Origin: Hypanus sabinus
Lineage: Eukaryota
Assembly (NCBI RefSeq): GCF_030144855.1
Contig: NC_082739.1
Span: forward strand, 6,820,001-6,884,000
Reading direction: 5' to 3'
DNA length: 64,000 bases
In this document: in pieces, positions 48,100-62,264 of the stretch
How positions within the stretch are numbered: the stretch's first letter is position 1
Layout: each line of letters starts with the position of its first letter
The notes under the pieces: model-generated
What the model was told of the DNA's origin: nothing
Databases searched by the model: none
The model's input: the letters and a program-made list of their open reading frames with translations, nothing else
Made by a program: the position numbers and the translations under genes

Positions 48100-50800
48100 T
48101 TATGAACGTTATGGTATTCCCCTCCAGGGTACCTGCATAATTTGGAGCATTTATATCAACTTCCAACTCAAATATACCGTTCTCCTTTCATCGCACGTTT
48201 AACCTACAGTCCATGCGGGGTGTATCTGTGTGTGTGGCTCAGCTGGGAGCGCCCTCAGAAGAGCGACTATTCGGGTCCCACGTTAAGGACTCGAATGCTA
48301 AACTCCAAGCTGACCCTCCGGTCGGTTCACGGGATGATCCGGACGGTCAGACGTGATCTCGTACCGAGGCCCCGTCCACTCTGGCGAGTGAGCCCAGAAG
48401 ACCACACACCGGCTTTGTCTTTAAGGGCAATGGCGATATCCCGGTGCCTGCTAACCTTAAATAAGTATTAAACAAAACTATCACCTGCTCGTTACACCGA
48501 CCCAGCAGAGTACTTCGGGACCATCCGAGGTTGAGTAAGGCGCTAAAGAAATTCAACATCTCTCTTCCGTTCGGTGTACTTTAACTTGCCAATTTACTGC
48601 TTCTATTAAATTCAGCCTGACAACACCTGGCGTCCTCTCGCTCTGACAATCCCTTCATTAAAAGCCAAACCGGAAAATTTAAAAAAAACTATTCCTTGTA
48701 CTAAAGCCTGTCTTAACCCACCATCAATAACAGAAGGGCATCTTAAACCAATTTTCTATCATTCTAATTGCCCGCAGAAACAACTAAATATTTTGTTAGG
48801 GAACAGTACATCATCGTGATCGGAATGTAAGATCCTATTCTTACAATAACGTTTCATTCGGCTGACAAAGGCACCGTCAGATGTCCCAACTTATTTATTT
48901 TCAACTAAAAAGGACGAGGGTTAAAGCGCCGCCGTGCGAGTGAGAGCGTCCGGCGAAGAGGGACGGTTCCATTAACAGCAACCTCTGAACATCTGAAGTT
49001 CGGAAGTCCAGTGTGTGGAAGGTGTCTTACACCAGTGCCTGTGTGTGGCAGTGGGGAGGGAGGCAGTATAATAACCCAGAAGGTCCCCACTGTCTGCCGC
49101 CGAGACCGTATATCCAACCCGGCCTCATCTCTCCCTCCTCCCCATCCTTCAGCGAACCCCATTTCCAAATCCTCCCCTTTCCACTGTCCCTCTCTCCTGG
49201 ATCATTTGTAGTCAGCGTCGCTACCCAATAAATCACAACACCCAGTGGATATCATACTGTTAGACTCGCTATATGTAATTAGGAACCTTGATGCAAATAG
49301 ATTTAAATTAGTCGGCGAAGAGGAAGGGAGATAGACTGCAGGTTGGTTACAATTCTGTGTCAATGGTAATTGAGGGAATACAGAATGGTTCGGTTAACGG
49401 TACTTTCTTCGCACAAGCGCCGTTTTAAATATGCGGCCGCTTTTCTCTTGGAGGGATTGGTTTAAAAGCCCAGCACTAGAATATCGCAGCTCGGATCCCA
49501 GCAACGACCCCTCGTCCTTCCTCCGCCAGCGCAAGGAGCCCGTTGAACGGTAGAGCACTCAGGAGCTCCTTGCCATCAATAAAGCACACACACGTACCGA
49601 CCCCTCCAGGGAAAACACCGCGAAATCCGATTTAAAACCCCGCAAGGTGATAACTTACAGAACGGGAGAGGTGGGGGAAAACATGGATATTTTATATTAC
49701 ATATCACACACACGAGGGGTTAAAATTCCAAGTACCCAATAACAAAGACGAGCTGAGCATCCCTCGCACGTTACAAAATGTATTTCGCACGGGTTACAGT
49801 TTCTGTCTAACCCTCCGAGGGATGCAAACCAGTATCTCCCCCGTCAAGTGAGTTTTATGGACAAAATATTCTCCAGCGAGACAAAGAATTAGACACAGCA
49901 AACCCCCAGAAAGAGAACGCACAAACACACAATTGCAATAATCACACGGTAGGATAGTAACATTATTTCTTCGCATACCTTCTTTTCCTCTCTGGGTATA
50001 AATAGGTTTGCCTTTTTTATATAAATACAATCGTCTTTTCATTCAGCACAGCCTCAGTCTCGAGGTTCTTACCGAATTATGCACGCTATTATTAGCGCAG
50101 CATACAAAACAGTTCACAGTACGCGCCGCACTCACACACATACACCTCTCTGTTTTAATGTAGCAAATCAAAAGATTGGAGACGTCATCCGCTCGCGTCT
50201 TTGACTGAGTCAAGTCCGCATCAGAGAGCTGGAACCGACCGTCAAAGTTGGGGACTTGGCGCCGTGTGACAGCTGCCGTCCCGCCATCTTTGATGCTGGC
50301 GCAAGCTCTCCATCCCCCCCCCCCCCCACTTGTACAAGACATCAAATACAATGGCACCTAGTTTATCCCTAACAATGTTTTGTTCATATGTTAATATTTT
50401 CTATGAAATAAATGTGCAAGGGAGAGATTAAATTCTACGTTTAAGATATTTGCATTTAGCCGTAATAGCGTGTCCGGGCAATTCATTTTAATTCCAGTGA
50501 CTGTCTCAGACCACCGTTTCGGGTGTTGTCCGTTGTTTATTTGGAGCTCTAATTCGAATGCACAGCAAATGTATTTTACTCCCACTATTTTTAAATACGG
50601 CTGCAGTGGTATCTGGAAGTGACTTAAGTTTTAGTCTCAGCGCATTGAACCACGTCTTGCACTTTGATCGCTCTACACTGACATGTTGATTAGCCCCCGT
50701 TATCTAGTCGTATTGCCCAATGCAAGGCGGAGAGTGACCATTGCAACCTCGTTATTTTCAACTGTTATCACATTGTCCACCCTAAATGACAGTCTAGAGT
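48100..50800 (-). promoter_or_regulatory. CpG-enriched region: probable ZBTB16 promoter and non-coding first exon
   Basis: CpG density is clearly above the flanks and I saw no repeats. Motifs: YY1 consensus CCGCCATCTT (50281-50290, AAGATGGCGG on minus), AP-1 TGAGTCA (50206-50212), CRE-like GACGTCA (50181-50187), CCAAT on minus (50175-50179). Minus-strand donors AAG|GTATGC (GT at 49978) and CT|GTAAGT (GT at 49658). Confidence 0.7.
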
Positions 50801-52229
50801 AAAGGAAATCGAGAATGCCTTTCAGTCTCCTAATGCCAAATGCAACAATTTGTCATAAATACCTGTCCGTTCATATGTATGCGTATTTCAGATACACACT
50901 TTCTTCTACATATTATCATTCATTTCATTTTTACCAGACATTGTTCTAATGATTTCACTTAAACGAGGCAAATGTCTTAAAGTAAATGATACTAAAAAGT
51001 TGCAGATGTTGGAAATCTGAAATATAATCAGAAAAAGCTGGAACACAGCATGGGAGGGTAGAGAAACATTTTTAAAAGTTTCATGTTGGGGCCTTTGTTC
51101 TGATATATCCTGTATTTTCTGATTTTTAAAAAAATATTTCAGTAATTTAATAGCTCCAAGTGGTCCTACTCTAACATTCTTGGAAGTAAAAACTGCTCAG
51201 TCACTAAAAGGAAATGACTCAATTGCCTTTCCCAATTGCAGCAAGACACTGGAACACATTGCAGAGGGGGGGGGGGGGGGCTGACAATGCCTTGTTCATA
51301 GTCACTATAATATTACAATGAATTTTTTTGACAATGGCTTGCTATCCATTTTACAAACTACAAACAAAACATTACACATAACTGATTTGCAGATCCCATG
51401 ACAAGTTATTACAATGTTACCAACAAGACATGTTGCAAGTTACCACAGTATTGTAGACTGCAGGCATGAGTCACTGAAACTATCATTCTTTAATATAAAA
51501 AGGGAAACAACTCAACTATTATTCACACAAGAACGTTTAATACAATTAACAGTACATAAGGAAGCAGAAAGAGAGAGACTGCTCATAGAAACCATTCAAT
51601 TTAACCCTTGCAGCCTACTTTATTTTCTCCTATATTGATATTGCAGATCTCCCAGTTTCCTATTAATATTGGAAGCAATAATTGGTAACTGAAAGCATCA
51701 AGATACACCTGTGCCAACAAAGATCACAATTGATAAGAATGGCAGCTGTATTCAGTTTACACACACTGTGGCTGATTGGTATATTTGGTTCTCACTACTG
51801 TTATAACAGTAGACGTCCTTATCCTAAAGTTGTAGCAATAGAAATCCTGATTGACAATATGCATTATTCAACATTGGGACAAATATGACATGACCATAAT
51901 ACATTCTGAGATACTTGGCCAACTGGTCAAGACAGGCTAGTCTTGAGCAAGGCAAGGCAAAGGGTTGAGTTAACAGGAATGTGCCTCAATATCTTCAGAG
52001 GCACATTTTAAACTCCAAGCCAAAAAATACTGAGATCACATTGAGGAATATTAGATGAATGAACTGAACTTTTTGTAAATCAACTGAACTCCCTATGGCT
52101 GAGCACATGAATTGCAAGCAGAGTATAACTGGACCTGGTATTATGGGCACATACATCTGAGCATTAAGGTATCTGGTACTATTAGAATGTGGAAATGCTC
52201 ACTATCTCATCCCTATTCATAATACCATG

Positions 52230-53545
52230 TGAGATGCCCAAGAAGAGCAGTGTAAGCTGCCTCAATGTCTATCATCCAGTAGTGCTCACATCCACAGTGA
52301 CAAAATACTTTGAGAAGTTGGTCATAGTTAGAATCAACACCTTTCTCAGGAAGGACCTGGACCCACTGCAATTAGCCTATCGCCACAATAGATCTACAGC
52401 AGACACCATCTCAATGGCTCTTCATGCAGTCTTGGATCACGCGGATAATGCAAATACCTACGTCAGGATGCTGTTCAATGACTATAGCTCAGTATTTAAC
52501 ACCATCATTCCCACAATCCTGATTGAGAAGTTACAGAACCCGGGCCTCTGTACCTCCCTCTGCAACTGGATCCTCAAGTTCCTAACCGGAAGACCACAAT
52601 CTGTGTGGATTGGAAATAACATCTCCACCTCACAGACAAATAACACTGGTGCTCCACAGGGATGTGTTTAGCCCACTGCTCTACTCTTACTACACCAGTG
52701 ACTGTGTGGCCAGGCATAGCTCAAATACCATCTATAAATTTGTTGATGATACAACCATTGTTGGTAGAATCTCAGGTGGTGACGAGCGGGTGTACAGGAG
52801 TGAGATATGCCAACTAGTGGCGTGGTGTCACAGCAACAACCTGGCACTCAATGTCAGTAAGACGAAAGAGCTGATTGTGGTCTTCAGGAAGAGTAAGCTG
52901 AGGGAACACATACCAATCCTCATAGAGGGATCAGAAGTGGTGAGAGTGAGCAGTTTCAAGTTCCTGGGTGTCAATAGCTCTGAGGACCTAACCTGGTCAC
53001 AAGATACGTATTGATGCAATTATAAAGAAGGAAAGCAGTGGCAATATTTCATTAGGAGTTTGAGGAAATTTGTTTTGTCAACTAAAACACTTAAAAACTT
53101 CAACAAATGTACCATGGAGAGCATTCTGACTGGCTGCATCACCATCTGGTATGGTGGGGGGGGGGGGGGGGGAGGGGCTACTGCACAAGATCGAAACAAA
53201 ATGCAGAAACTTGTAAAATTAGTCAGCTCTATCTTGCGTACCAGCCTCTGTAGTATCCAAGACATCTTACCATCAGGTAGGAGGCACAGAAGCCTGAAGA
53301 CACACACTCAGTGATTCAGGAACAGCTTCTTCCCCTCTGCCATCCGATTCCTGAATGGACATTGAACCCATGATCACTACCTCACTAATTTTATTTCTGT
53401 TATTTTGCACTGCTTATTTAACTTAACTATTTATAGACATACTGTATATATATTTAATGTAATTTTTATCTATATTTATCATGTATTTCATTGTACTGTA
53501 GCCATAAAGTTAACAAATTTCATGACATAGATTAAATCTGATTCT
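52230..53545 (+). mobile_element. Rex1/Babar-like LINE fragment (RT and 3' end), frameshifted
   Basis: [55 protein letters not shown], then SPLLYS..KFVDDTTIVG..NVSKTKELIV..FKFLGV. Confidence 0.85.
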
Positions 53546-55449
53546 GACTTTGATACCAACCAGTCTACCAGACTCACCAATTGGTCATTTTACATGTGAT
53601 GGGCTGTCAGTCACTTCTCACACAGTATCATTGGAACCAATACTGTCTTGATTCTTTGTTCGAAGTTCAAAGTAAATTAGTTATCAAAGTTCATATATGT
53701 CACCATATTACTACCCTGAGATTCATTTCCTTCCAGACATTCACAGTAGAACAAAGAAATACAATAGAATCAATGAGAAACTACACACAAACAATGACGG
53801 GCAAACAGCCAATGTGCAAGTCTTTCCCACCTGGTCACCCTGATTGAATGCTTGCATTGAGATGAAATAAAGGGCAATTATAACTTCTGATCTCATCCAT
53901 AGATGGTTTTATATACTGTGACTGCAAGGTACAATGAATGTTTCCAACACGTGGGGATTAAACCATCCACAACTGACAATCGATGGCATTCATCTTTTGG
54001 ATTCACCAGCTATCAACATCATTGGAGTCAATGAGAAAATTAATTGGACGACAGAGTGTATGTCATATTAGTATACAGGTATACTGTGCTTTTCAAAGCA
54101 AGTCAGAGACTGGTTATTCTACTGTGAATGACTCTTCTGACTTTGCCAAAGCCTTTTCATTATCAATGAGCTACAAGTCACAGTCATTGTGGAATGGCCT
54201 TCATTTGCAGTTCAAATATTTTCAAGAAGCCAAATAGACATATGACAAAGCAGCCTGAGTAATTAGCACTGCAGACACAATGTCAGATATCCTCTCTGCA
54301 GAAATGTTGCATTATGATTGGAATGAATTTTATCTACAAAAAGCACCAAAACAAACCGCCAAGGACATTTAACAACACTCCCAACACACACAAATTCTAT
54401 TATTTAGAAGATCAAGTCCAACAAGTGCATGGGATTGCTGCCCACGATATCCCAGCCAAGTCAAGTGCTATCCTTAACCTGGAAATACACACTTCACAGT
54501 GGCTAGTCATGATCTTCCTTGAATTCCACACCTGAGCTCATTCCCCCCCCCCCCCCCCACACCCCTCAGTTGTTCAACATGATGGATCAACACCCCTTCT
54601 CAATTTGGAGTAGCAAGTAAATATAAAATTTTCCAGTGATGTCCGCATGCCTTGAATGATATAACTATGTGCCTGTTAGCATTCAAAGCTTACTAAGTGT
54701 GAGCAGAGATTGTTACTACATTAAACATTAAACTACATTAAAGGGCTATTAAAATAAAAACTTCATGCCATTTTAAAAGTTCCCCCCCAGGCAGATAATC
54801 TGATCAACCATTCTAGTTAGACCCCTCACTCCCCTCTATCTGCACTGCACTATAAACACTTTGAACTACTTTTAGTAATGCTATTTACATTATAATTACT
54901 ATGTATTTATGGTCATCTTATTCCATATCCATACTTTTACCTCTAACTTTATTTTTATATAATTCAACTTTGTTGAAAGTTGTTGCTTTTTTATTGCATG
55001 TTACATCCTGACCTACACAGGTAAATTCCTAATACATATAAGTGTAAATGGTGAATAAAGTTGATCCTTAATCTTAGTCACACTATTGAAAATTGGGCAG
55101 GTAAGGTGTGACTACATCTGGAAATCTGAAGGTATTTAAGACACACTTATAGACTTGTAAAAGGAGCTAATGCTGTTTAGTCACCCCCACTATGCACTGT
55201 TGAACAGAAGTAGTCAATATTCTACAACAAGCTGTAGTCACAACTGAAGGTGCATACTCTGTACATTATTGATCTAGATTTAAAATACAATTCTCAGTAT
55301 ATCGGATTACTGATTTACCTCCCAATGTCACTGAGTGCACGAAAATATATCCTAGTTAGGGTTAGTAGTAGTTAGGGTTAGTAAGCATGCCGTGTATAGC
55401 TAAATGAACACCTCAGGGGGAAAAATACCTGTTTTTTAAAAAACATTTA

Positions 55450-56830
55450 ACATACCGCGGTGTGGCGCGTGCTGAATAAACTAGATAGATGTCTTTTAAA
55501 AAGGTTTAATGTTCTGTACAGGGCACAGGACGGGTGATGTTTAAGAAAGAACTGGCTACACACAAATCAAAGAATTCAGACGTACAAATTAGTGTCTACA
55601 AACTGTAGCAGGTTTACCAATCGCGGCGATGCCCCATTACTCCAACGCCATGTATTTGTAAAATAATGATTTTTCATAACTGATGTACAAGAAGAGCATC
55701 AAGATTTTTAAAAATCAAGTAAGAAATTGGGGGAACTATTTCCATATTATTCATTTAGTTGAGGTGCTGCTAGCTAGTGTTTCCCTGACCTTTTTGTCCT
55801 GTAGTTTCTCTTGGTTGTTGGACAGCGCACTTTCTTTCGCTGCGACCGCGATTCTGCTAATCTGAAAACCAATGACCACTTAGCCCTCACTCGTGTGAAT
55901 AAACTTGCAGCAAGTTCACTGCAGACATCTTGTGATTGAAGTTGAGTTCATGTGATTTAATTACATGTTAAATGCACGTATTTGCGAGCAATGTTTGTGC
56001 CTGGAACAAATATGGAGGCAACGCACTCACTCCACCTATAGCAGCACTGCAGAAATACAGGCGTCTCATGAATTCAGTTCAGGAGACGTTTTAACGGGAC
56101 TGACTAGAATTTAAACAAGATGATTATATAATTCAATATTATTATTACCAACAGGGTGTGCGATGTTCAATGAAGTCATATCTAATTCAAATCAATCCTG
56201 TTCAAAATTAACACGACATTTCTCTAGCGGAAACCCGAATGCAGGGCGAGAAATTATCCTCAGGAATCGATTTCAACGTTGAACCAAAGATACCGAATTC
56301 CTTCTCATTCGATTTCAAGCGAGTATCTGGGGAACAATTGAATTCACAGTCAAAAGAGGAAACGGGAATTGTTCTCCGTTCGCGAGGGGGAGGGGAGACA
56401 TTTAGGGGGATTACAATCATCAGTGAAATCCGACTACCGTATGAAGTTTATTTTGCTTTCACACTGCAGCGTCACTCCGCATGTTATTTATGATACTTCA
56501 GTTTAAAGCCCAGAACTTACCATTTTTCTAAAAATAAATATAATTAATTAAGGGAAGGTGCTCTTATGTTCCCTCAAGGAAGTTTTTAAAAACTTTCTTT
56601 AGAGTGAAACTAAACTGGGGAACCCTAACAGAATTCCTACTTCGTTGCTGTACTTTCCCAGTTACCACAAATTAAATTAACTTAAATTTACGAGTCCAAT
56701 AAACTAATTTGCTTGCCTGCTTCCAGGCGACGAAAGGTTGGCTGCAACCTCGTTCCTATTTAGTGAGGTCTCCACCAATAACTTCGAGCCTCCCTCCCCG
56801 ATCTAATTTGGTAGCCTGCACTGCAATGGC
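55450..56830. promoter_or_regulatory. Second CpG-enriched unique region (candidate upstream promoter or enhancer)
   Basis: Clustered CpGs (ccgcggtgtggcgcgt, tcgcggcgat, cgctgcgaccgcg, ttcgcgaggg) outside any recognisable repeat. Minus-strand donor ATG|GTAAGT with GT at 56520. Confidence 0.45.
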
Positions 56831-57744
56831 GAGGATTCCTTCAATAAATATGACAGGTAGATAAATTTAGATATGATAATCAAAAATTATAATGCAAGTT
56901 ATTGTTGGACTAGAGCACTGTCCAGATATATACGCACACACACACACAGAATCATTGGTAGGGTATAATTGAACGTCTAGGCTCCAGATAACATTCAAAA
57001 TGGTGGATGAACTCTGCAGGTCAGGCAGCATCTATGGAGAGGAATGATGCATCAGGCCGTTCATCAAGATTCATTGGTTAATTAAACATCTGACTGGATG
57101 ATACTGAATTCATTTGACAATGTTTCGTTTAAAAACACATTCACACATTTTACTAGCTGTGTCTTGTAATGCAGCAGGAATTGATAAGGCCACAAGTTCA
57201 ATGACTACAATATTCCCAGGACCACCATGATTCCCTCCTACACCATTGCAATCATCCCCAGTTTAGCTTCAGATATACAGAGAGTGGAGCTCGCAAAAAT
57301 GTAAGCGAGATATATTTTTCTTCCTCGCTGACTGTGGATTGTACAGAGGTAATTGTGGCCAGGTTTAGAGGCATGCCTAGCCTTCGCCCTCCATGGGTAC
57401 AATATAAACAGTGTGCTCTTGTTGAATCAGGTCAATTTTCTAACCCAGGAAGCAACAGTAAAATGAAGGATGTCAAAGTTCGTGTTGTTGCTGAGGCTTG
57501 CACGTTTCAATCAGAAAATGGGTTTCACATGGTGAACCCAAAAGCTCGTTCTACCTAGTACTTTTGGTATTGGGTGTACTGTGCTTTCCTTTCCTATTTT
57601 AGACTGTGAAGTTACATGGATTTAAAAAGGATATGAACCTTTGGACGGTTCAAACCTAAGGGCTCTGGAAAACTATGACTTTGAACACAAGGAGAATCAA
57701 AGGTTTGGCAAGGGGACTGGGAAGGATGTCATTAGCTTGACAAT

Positions 57745-58290
57745 GGGCAGAAAAAATTCATGAGGATGTTATCGGGATTTAAAGGCTTGAGTTACAAAGA
57801 AAGACAGAAAAGGCTTGGACTTTTCCCCCTACAGTGTAGGAGGTTGAGAGGTGACATTATAAAGGTTTATAAAAAATACAATAAGGGATATTGTTCCTCA
57901 AAGTTGATTAGTTACAGTCTTCATTTTCCAGGGTAGTGAAGTCTAAAACTAGAAGGCATAGATTTAGCGTGAGTGGGGACCTGAGGTGCAACTACTTCTA
58001 TACAAAAGGTGCTGGGTATATCGAGTGAGCTGCCACAGAAAGCTCTAGAAGCAGGTACTATTAAAATGTTTCGAAGACATTAAGACAGATATATGGATAG
58101 GAAACATTTAGAGCAGGGGTTCCCAACCTCTTTTATACCATGAACCAATCCCATTAAGCAAGGGGTCCATGGACCCCAGGTTGGGAGCCCTTGACTTAAA
58201 AAGGTGAGGGTCAAATGCAGGCAAATGGAACTAACTCAGGTAGAAATTTTGGTTGCCATGGAAGAGTTGGGCTGAAGGGCTCATTTCCAT
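57745..58290 (+). mobile_element. Degraded CR1-like LINE 3' end interrupted by a MITE
   Basis: aggttgagaggtgac..tctaaaactagaaggcatagattta..gagctgcc, and 3' tail gggctgaagggc. Confidence 0.65.
58114..58193. mobile_element. 80-bp hAT-like MITE (related relics at about 11006-11070 and 18960-19030)
   Basis: TIRs CAGGGGTTCCCAACCT / AGGTTGGGAgCCCtTG. The flanks atttagag and acttaaaa may be a decayed 8-bp TSD (5/8 match). Confidence 0.65.
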
Positions 58291-60014
58291 ACTGTATAAT
58301 TCGGTGACTGTGACTCTGACTTGTGAGTTCCTCTGGCATTTTATGTGCATTGCTCAAGATGTTATCCTCTGCTCTCCTGATCATTTGGGCATTGATGAGG
58401 TTGTAGTTCAGGAGTGGCACATTTGCTGCATAATTTAGTAAAAGTATGGCAAGGAGAAGAACTGGGTGGTTTGCTTTTCCATGTATTGTCTCTGTTCTCT
58501 ATGACCCGAGAGTGCTAATAATATTGGTAACTTCAAATGGAAAATGTTCCATTTTTCAGTACCAACTCTACGAGAATGAAAATTCACAAGAATCAGCAAG
58601 AAACAGTCAAATTGTGAAAGAGGTCTCCAAATGGAAATTGTAATTCATTTAATTTAAATTTCTTGATTAACGTCATACAGGGGTACAACTGGAACTAAAT
58701 GTCAAGTATTGGAATGAGAGATTTTAAAGTAACAATGTAGCTGAAGGAAGTAAAAACAGTCACGTATAAGGCTTGGGTCTACGGCTTAGCAAGCAGATAA
58801 GGTAGGTCCAGGTACAGTTTCCCTGGACTTCATAACCAACTATTAAATTAATCTAAAAACTGAGTGAAGAAAAATAAGTCAGCAGTATCTAAGAAATTCC
58901 CAGAGTAAGTACTAAATTCACCCAGCAGAAATCAGGTGTATTTTTCTTTTACCCGATGATGTTGGGGCTTCTTGATTGTTTCGAAGTGAGATTAATGCTT
59001 GTGTTTACAAGCTAGGCACTGAAAGAACAAGCAGTCAAAAGACTGCACGCCAAGATCTGGCACAGTTAGAGTCACAATGATTCACAGTCTGGACTTTGGC
59101 CAGTCTGATAAGCACTTATTGGCACAGATCAGACAACTAGTCAAACAATATTACTCAAGCACAATGGGGATGTGTTTGGAGAGTGCCACAAGACGCACAG
59201 CCATGTGAACTAATCGGCTTCAGCTCTGTGTTATAACTGAACATTGGTGTTTGGGGATTAACAGTTTTGGGGGGTAGGGATAAAGTTGAGTAATTTTATT
59301 CAGTGTGCCAAATTATTTGTTTCATCAGTTTTTTGAAATTTATGTTATAAATTTATTGTATGTATGTAATGCAATTCTCTCATAAAGGATTACAAGTACA
59401 GAGAATCGCTTGGTCACTAGTTTCTTAGTGTAATCATCCAAGAAGCCACATTCATATATTTTACAGAAAGTTTATTGTGTGATCATTTCATCCTTTCACC
59501 TTTTCTACCATTTACTGATCTTTATACAATTCTTATTCTGTTCCATCCAAAAATCTTGAAATACAATTATTCAAAATCCCATTTGAAAGAGTGGGACCCA
59601 CTTAAATGGTTTTAACATGGATTGTTCACAGAGTTCAATCTCCTTCAACACTTCCAGACCTGTTTCTCAGTTTTGGCATCTCATGCAGTCCCCATTCCTT
59701 TTACGCCACCTTTACTGGCCGTGCGTCTACCTACTTGAAAAAAACACCTCTGGAAATCCCTTCATAAACCACACTCTTTCTGTAAGAGTCTCCCCCAAAC
59801 CAATTTAATTGACCAAGCTTCCACAATCTCACTTTCTTTGGGTCAGGGTTATTTTTAGAGTCCTCGAGTCATAGAGACAGGCTCTTTTAGCCTACCAAAT
59901 CCCTGCAACAAGCGGCCATTAACACTAATTGCAGACTAATGCCTCATATATCCTCCCTGTATTCCTATCTACACCTCCCATATCTTACCACTCACTGATA
60001 CGGTAATCGACTGA

Positions 60015-60560
60015 ATCCTTAGGAGCATTGATGTATACGGAGGGGTCCTGTGGTGCACGTCCACAGCTCTCTGAAATGGCGACACAAGTAGATTGGGTGG
60101 TAAAGAAGTCAGATGGTATACATACCTTCATCAGTTGGATTGTTGAGTGCAAGAGTCAGGAAGTCAGTTGCAGCTGTATAAGACTCTGATTATGTCATAT
60201 CTGGAGCATTATGTGCAGTTTTGGTTGTCGCATTACAGAAAGGATGCAGGGACTCTGGAGAGGGTGCAGAAGAGATTCACTGGGTTGTTGTTCCAAATTA
60301 GAAGGTATTAGCTTCAAGAAAAGGTTGGACAAACTGGGACTGTTTCCTCTGGAGTGTCATAGGCCAAGGGGCAACGTGATTAAAGTATAGAAAATTATGG
60401 GAGGCATAGACAGAGGAGGTAGTCAGAGCTATTTTCCAAAGGTGGAAATTTTAAACAAGAGAGGAAGGCACTGCCAGGGGGCATTGTGGAGGCAGAAACA
60501 ATGGTGCTTAATAGGCATTCAAACAAACAGGCAGGGAACTGAGGGATTATAGACCACATG
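60015..60560 (+). mobile_element. Degraded CR1-like LINE fragment
   Basis: cagctgtataagactctg..catatctggagcattatgtgcagttttgg..gagagggtgcagaagagattcac, homologous to the 33-34 kb copy. Confidence 0.7.
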
Positions 60561-60789
60561 CAGGCAGATGTGCAGTTAACATCCTGTTCAGCACAACTAG
60601 GTTGAAGTGCCATTTCCTGTGCTGTACTGGCCAATGTACCCACTGGAAGCAGTTTAAAATACCAATCCACTCATCCTTGGGATCTGAAAGGAAACCAAAG
60701 AACACCCTAAGGAAAACTCCTGCAGTCACTGGGAGAATGTGCAAACTCCCTACAGACAGCACTGGGGAGCTGGAGCTGCAACGTGTATC

Positions 60790-61265
60790 CAATGCCCAGG
60801 AATGGAAAAGATGTCAGAAAGTAATGGATATAGCCCTGTCTATCACAGGCAAAGACCCTCCCCACCGATGAGCACATTTACAAGGAACACTGCCACAAGA
60901 AAGCAGCATCCATCTTCAAGAACCCCCACCATTCAGGCCATCAAACTACCATCAGGCAGGAAGTAAAGGAGCATTGGGTCCCACACCACCACGTTCAGGA
61001 ACAGTTATTACCCCTCAACCATTCAGCTCCTGAACCAACATGGAGAACCTCAACAGTGAACTGACTCCACAACCTACAGACTCACTTTTAAAGGAGTCAT
61101 GTTCTCAGTATTAAATATTTATTTTTTATTTGTACATTGGATGTTTATCAGTCTTTGTTTATGTATAGCTTTTCATAAATTCTATTGTATTTCTGCAAGA
61201 AAAAGAACCTCATGGTAGTATATGGTGACATATGTACTTTGATAATAAAATTTACTTTGAATTTG
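60790..61265 (+). mobile_element. Rex1/Babar-like LINE 3' fragment
   Basis: aaagcagcatccatc..accatcaggcaggaagt..ttcaggaacagttattacccctcaaccat. The tail tgataataaa..tactttgaa is also seen at 1-90. Confidence 0.7.
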
Positions 61266-62264
61266 ACTTTGATTATGGTGTTGTGATCTGGGTTTATCAT
61301 GTTTTATTATATTAAAGGTGCTGTTTCAGTGAGAGTTATTACTCTGGCAACAGAACAAGGACCAACATCAGGAGCATAGCCTGGGAGCCTGCCCTGCTGT
61401 GCACCTTCCTTCCAGGAGGAGTGAGCATCGGAGCATGTTGAGTACACATTTTAAACGCCCATTGCCTGAGCACTTAAATCTGCAGCTTATCTCCCGTGAT
61501 AATATTAGTCTATGAAAATGAGGATCTGGGTGCACACATCATAAATAAAGCTTTTAACAATACAAATGGACCATTTGTAAACAATATTTAACAGACTATG
61601 GTTTAAACAGCATTATCTCATTTTGGAAGCAAGTTACTTACACGCGGAGAGTAGTTGACCATCATATGCCCTACTGATCACTGGGAGTCTGACTCAAAGG
61701 AACAGCTGTGAGGATCTTTCATAGGCAGCTCGATTCTGGTCATTCCATGTGCCCCATTCCTCTATTCTTTAGTTCTCCTCATGTCACTCCTGTAGGATCA
61801 ATGTGGAATTGGAATATGGATTCATTAAATGCCAACCAGTGAATTTATCCCATTAGAGTGACTACTGAGAGGCTAGATACTAAAAGTCTCATCCCAGCAG
61901 AGTCCTATTCAAATTTCTGAACCTCATCTATGACCTCATTCCTAATCTCCTTCAGCACCCTAATACATCTGGAATCTCTTCAATTCTGGTTTCTTTGGTA
62001 TTTCCCCTCCATGGACAGTCTTGCCATTACCTTGCTAGGCTCCAAAGCCCTGGAAGTCCCTGCTTAAAAGGTTTTCCTTTCTCTATCCTCACCCGAGATT
62101 CTATTAAACCAAACCACTAACCAGAAATTTGTACTTGGTCAATAAAATTTGGCCTCAGGCTGTATAAAGAGACATTCATGTTCAAAGCACTGTCTAAATT
62201 AACTGATGGAGTTGTAGAAGCATTGAAAGAGACCTATTAGTCCACCAGGTCCGCATTCATCATC

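Noticed and set aside
55353-55384. Two TTAGGG units suggesting an interstitial telomere
   Set aside because: It is only a short tandem duplication (TAGTTAGGGTTAGTA twice); there is no array.
56272-56283. 12-bp palindrome TTCAACGTTGAA and other short local duplications (28351-28380, 44221-44275, 54713-54742)
   Set aside because: They are of a length expected by chance or replication slippage in 64 kb.
3122-57075. Recurring aatgctggaggaactcagc motif as a CRISPR-like repeat
   Set aside because: The copies are dispersed, occur in both orientations, have no regular spacers and coincide with Penelope termini in a vertebrate genome.
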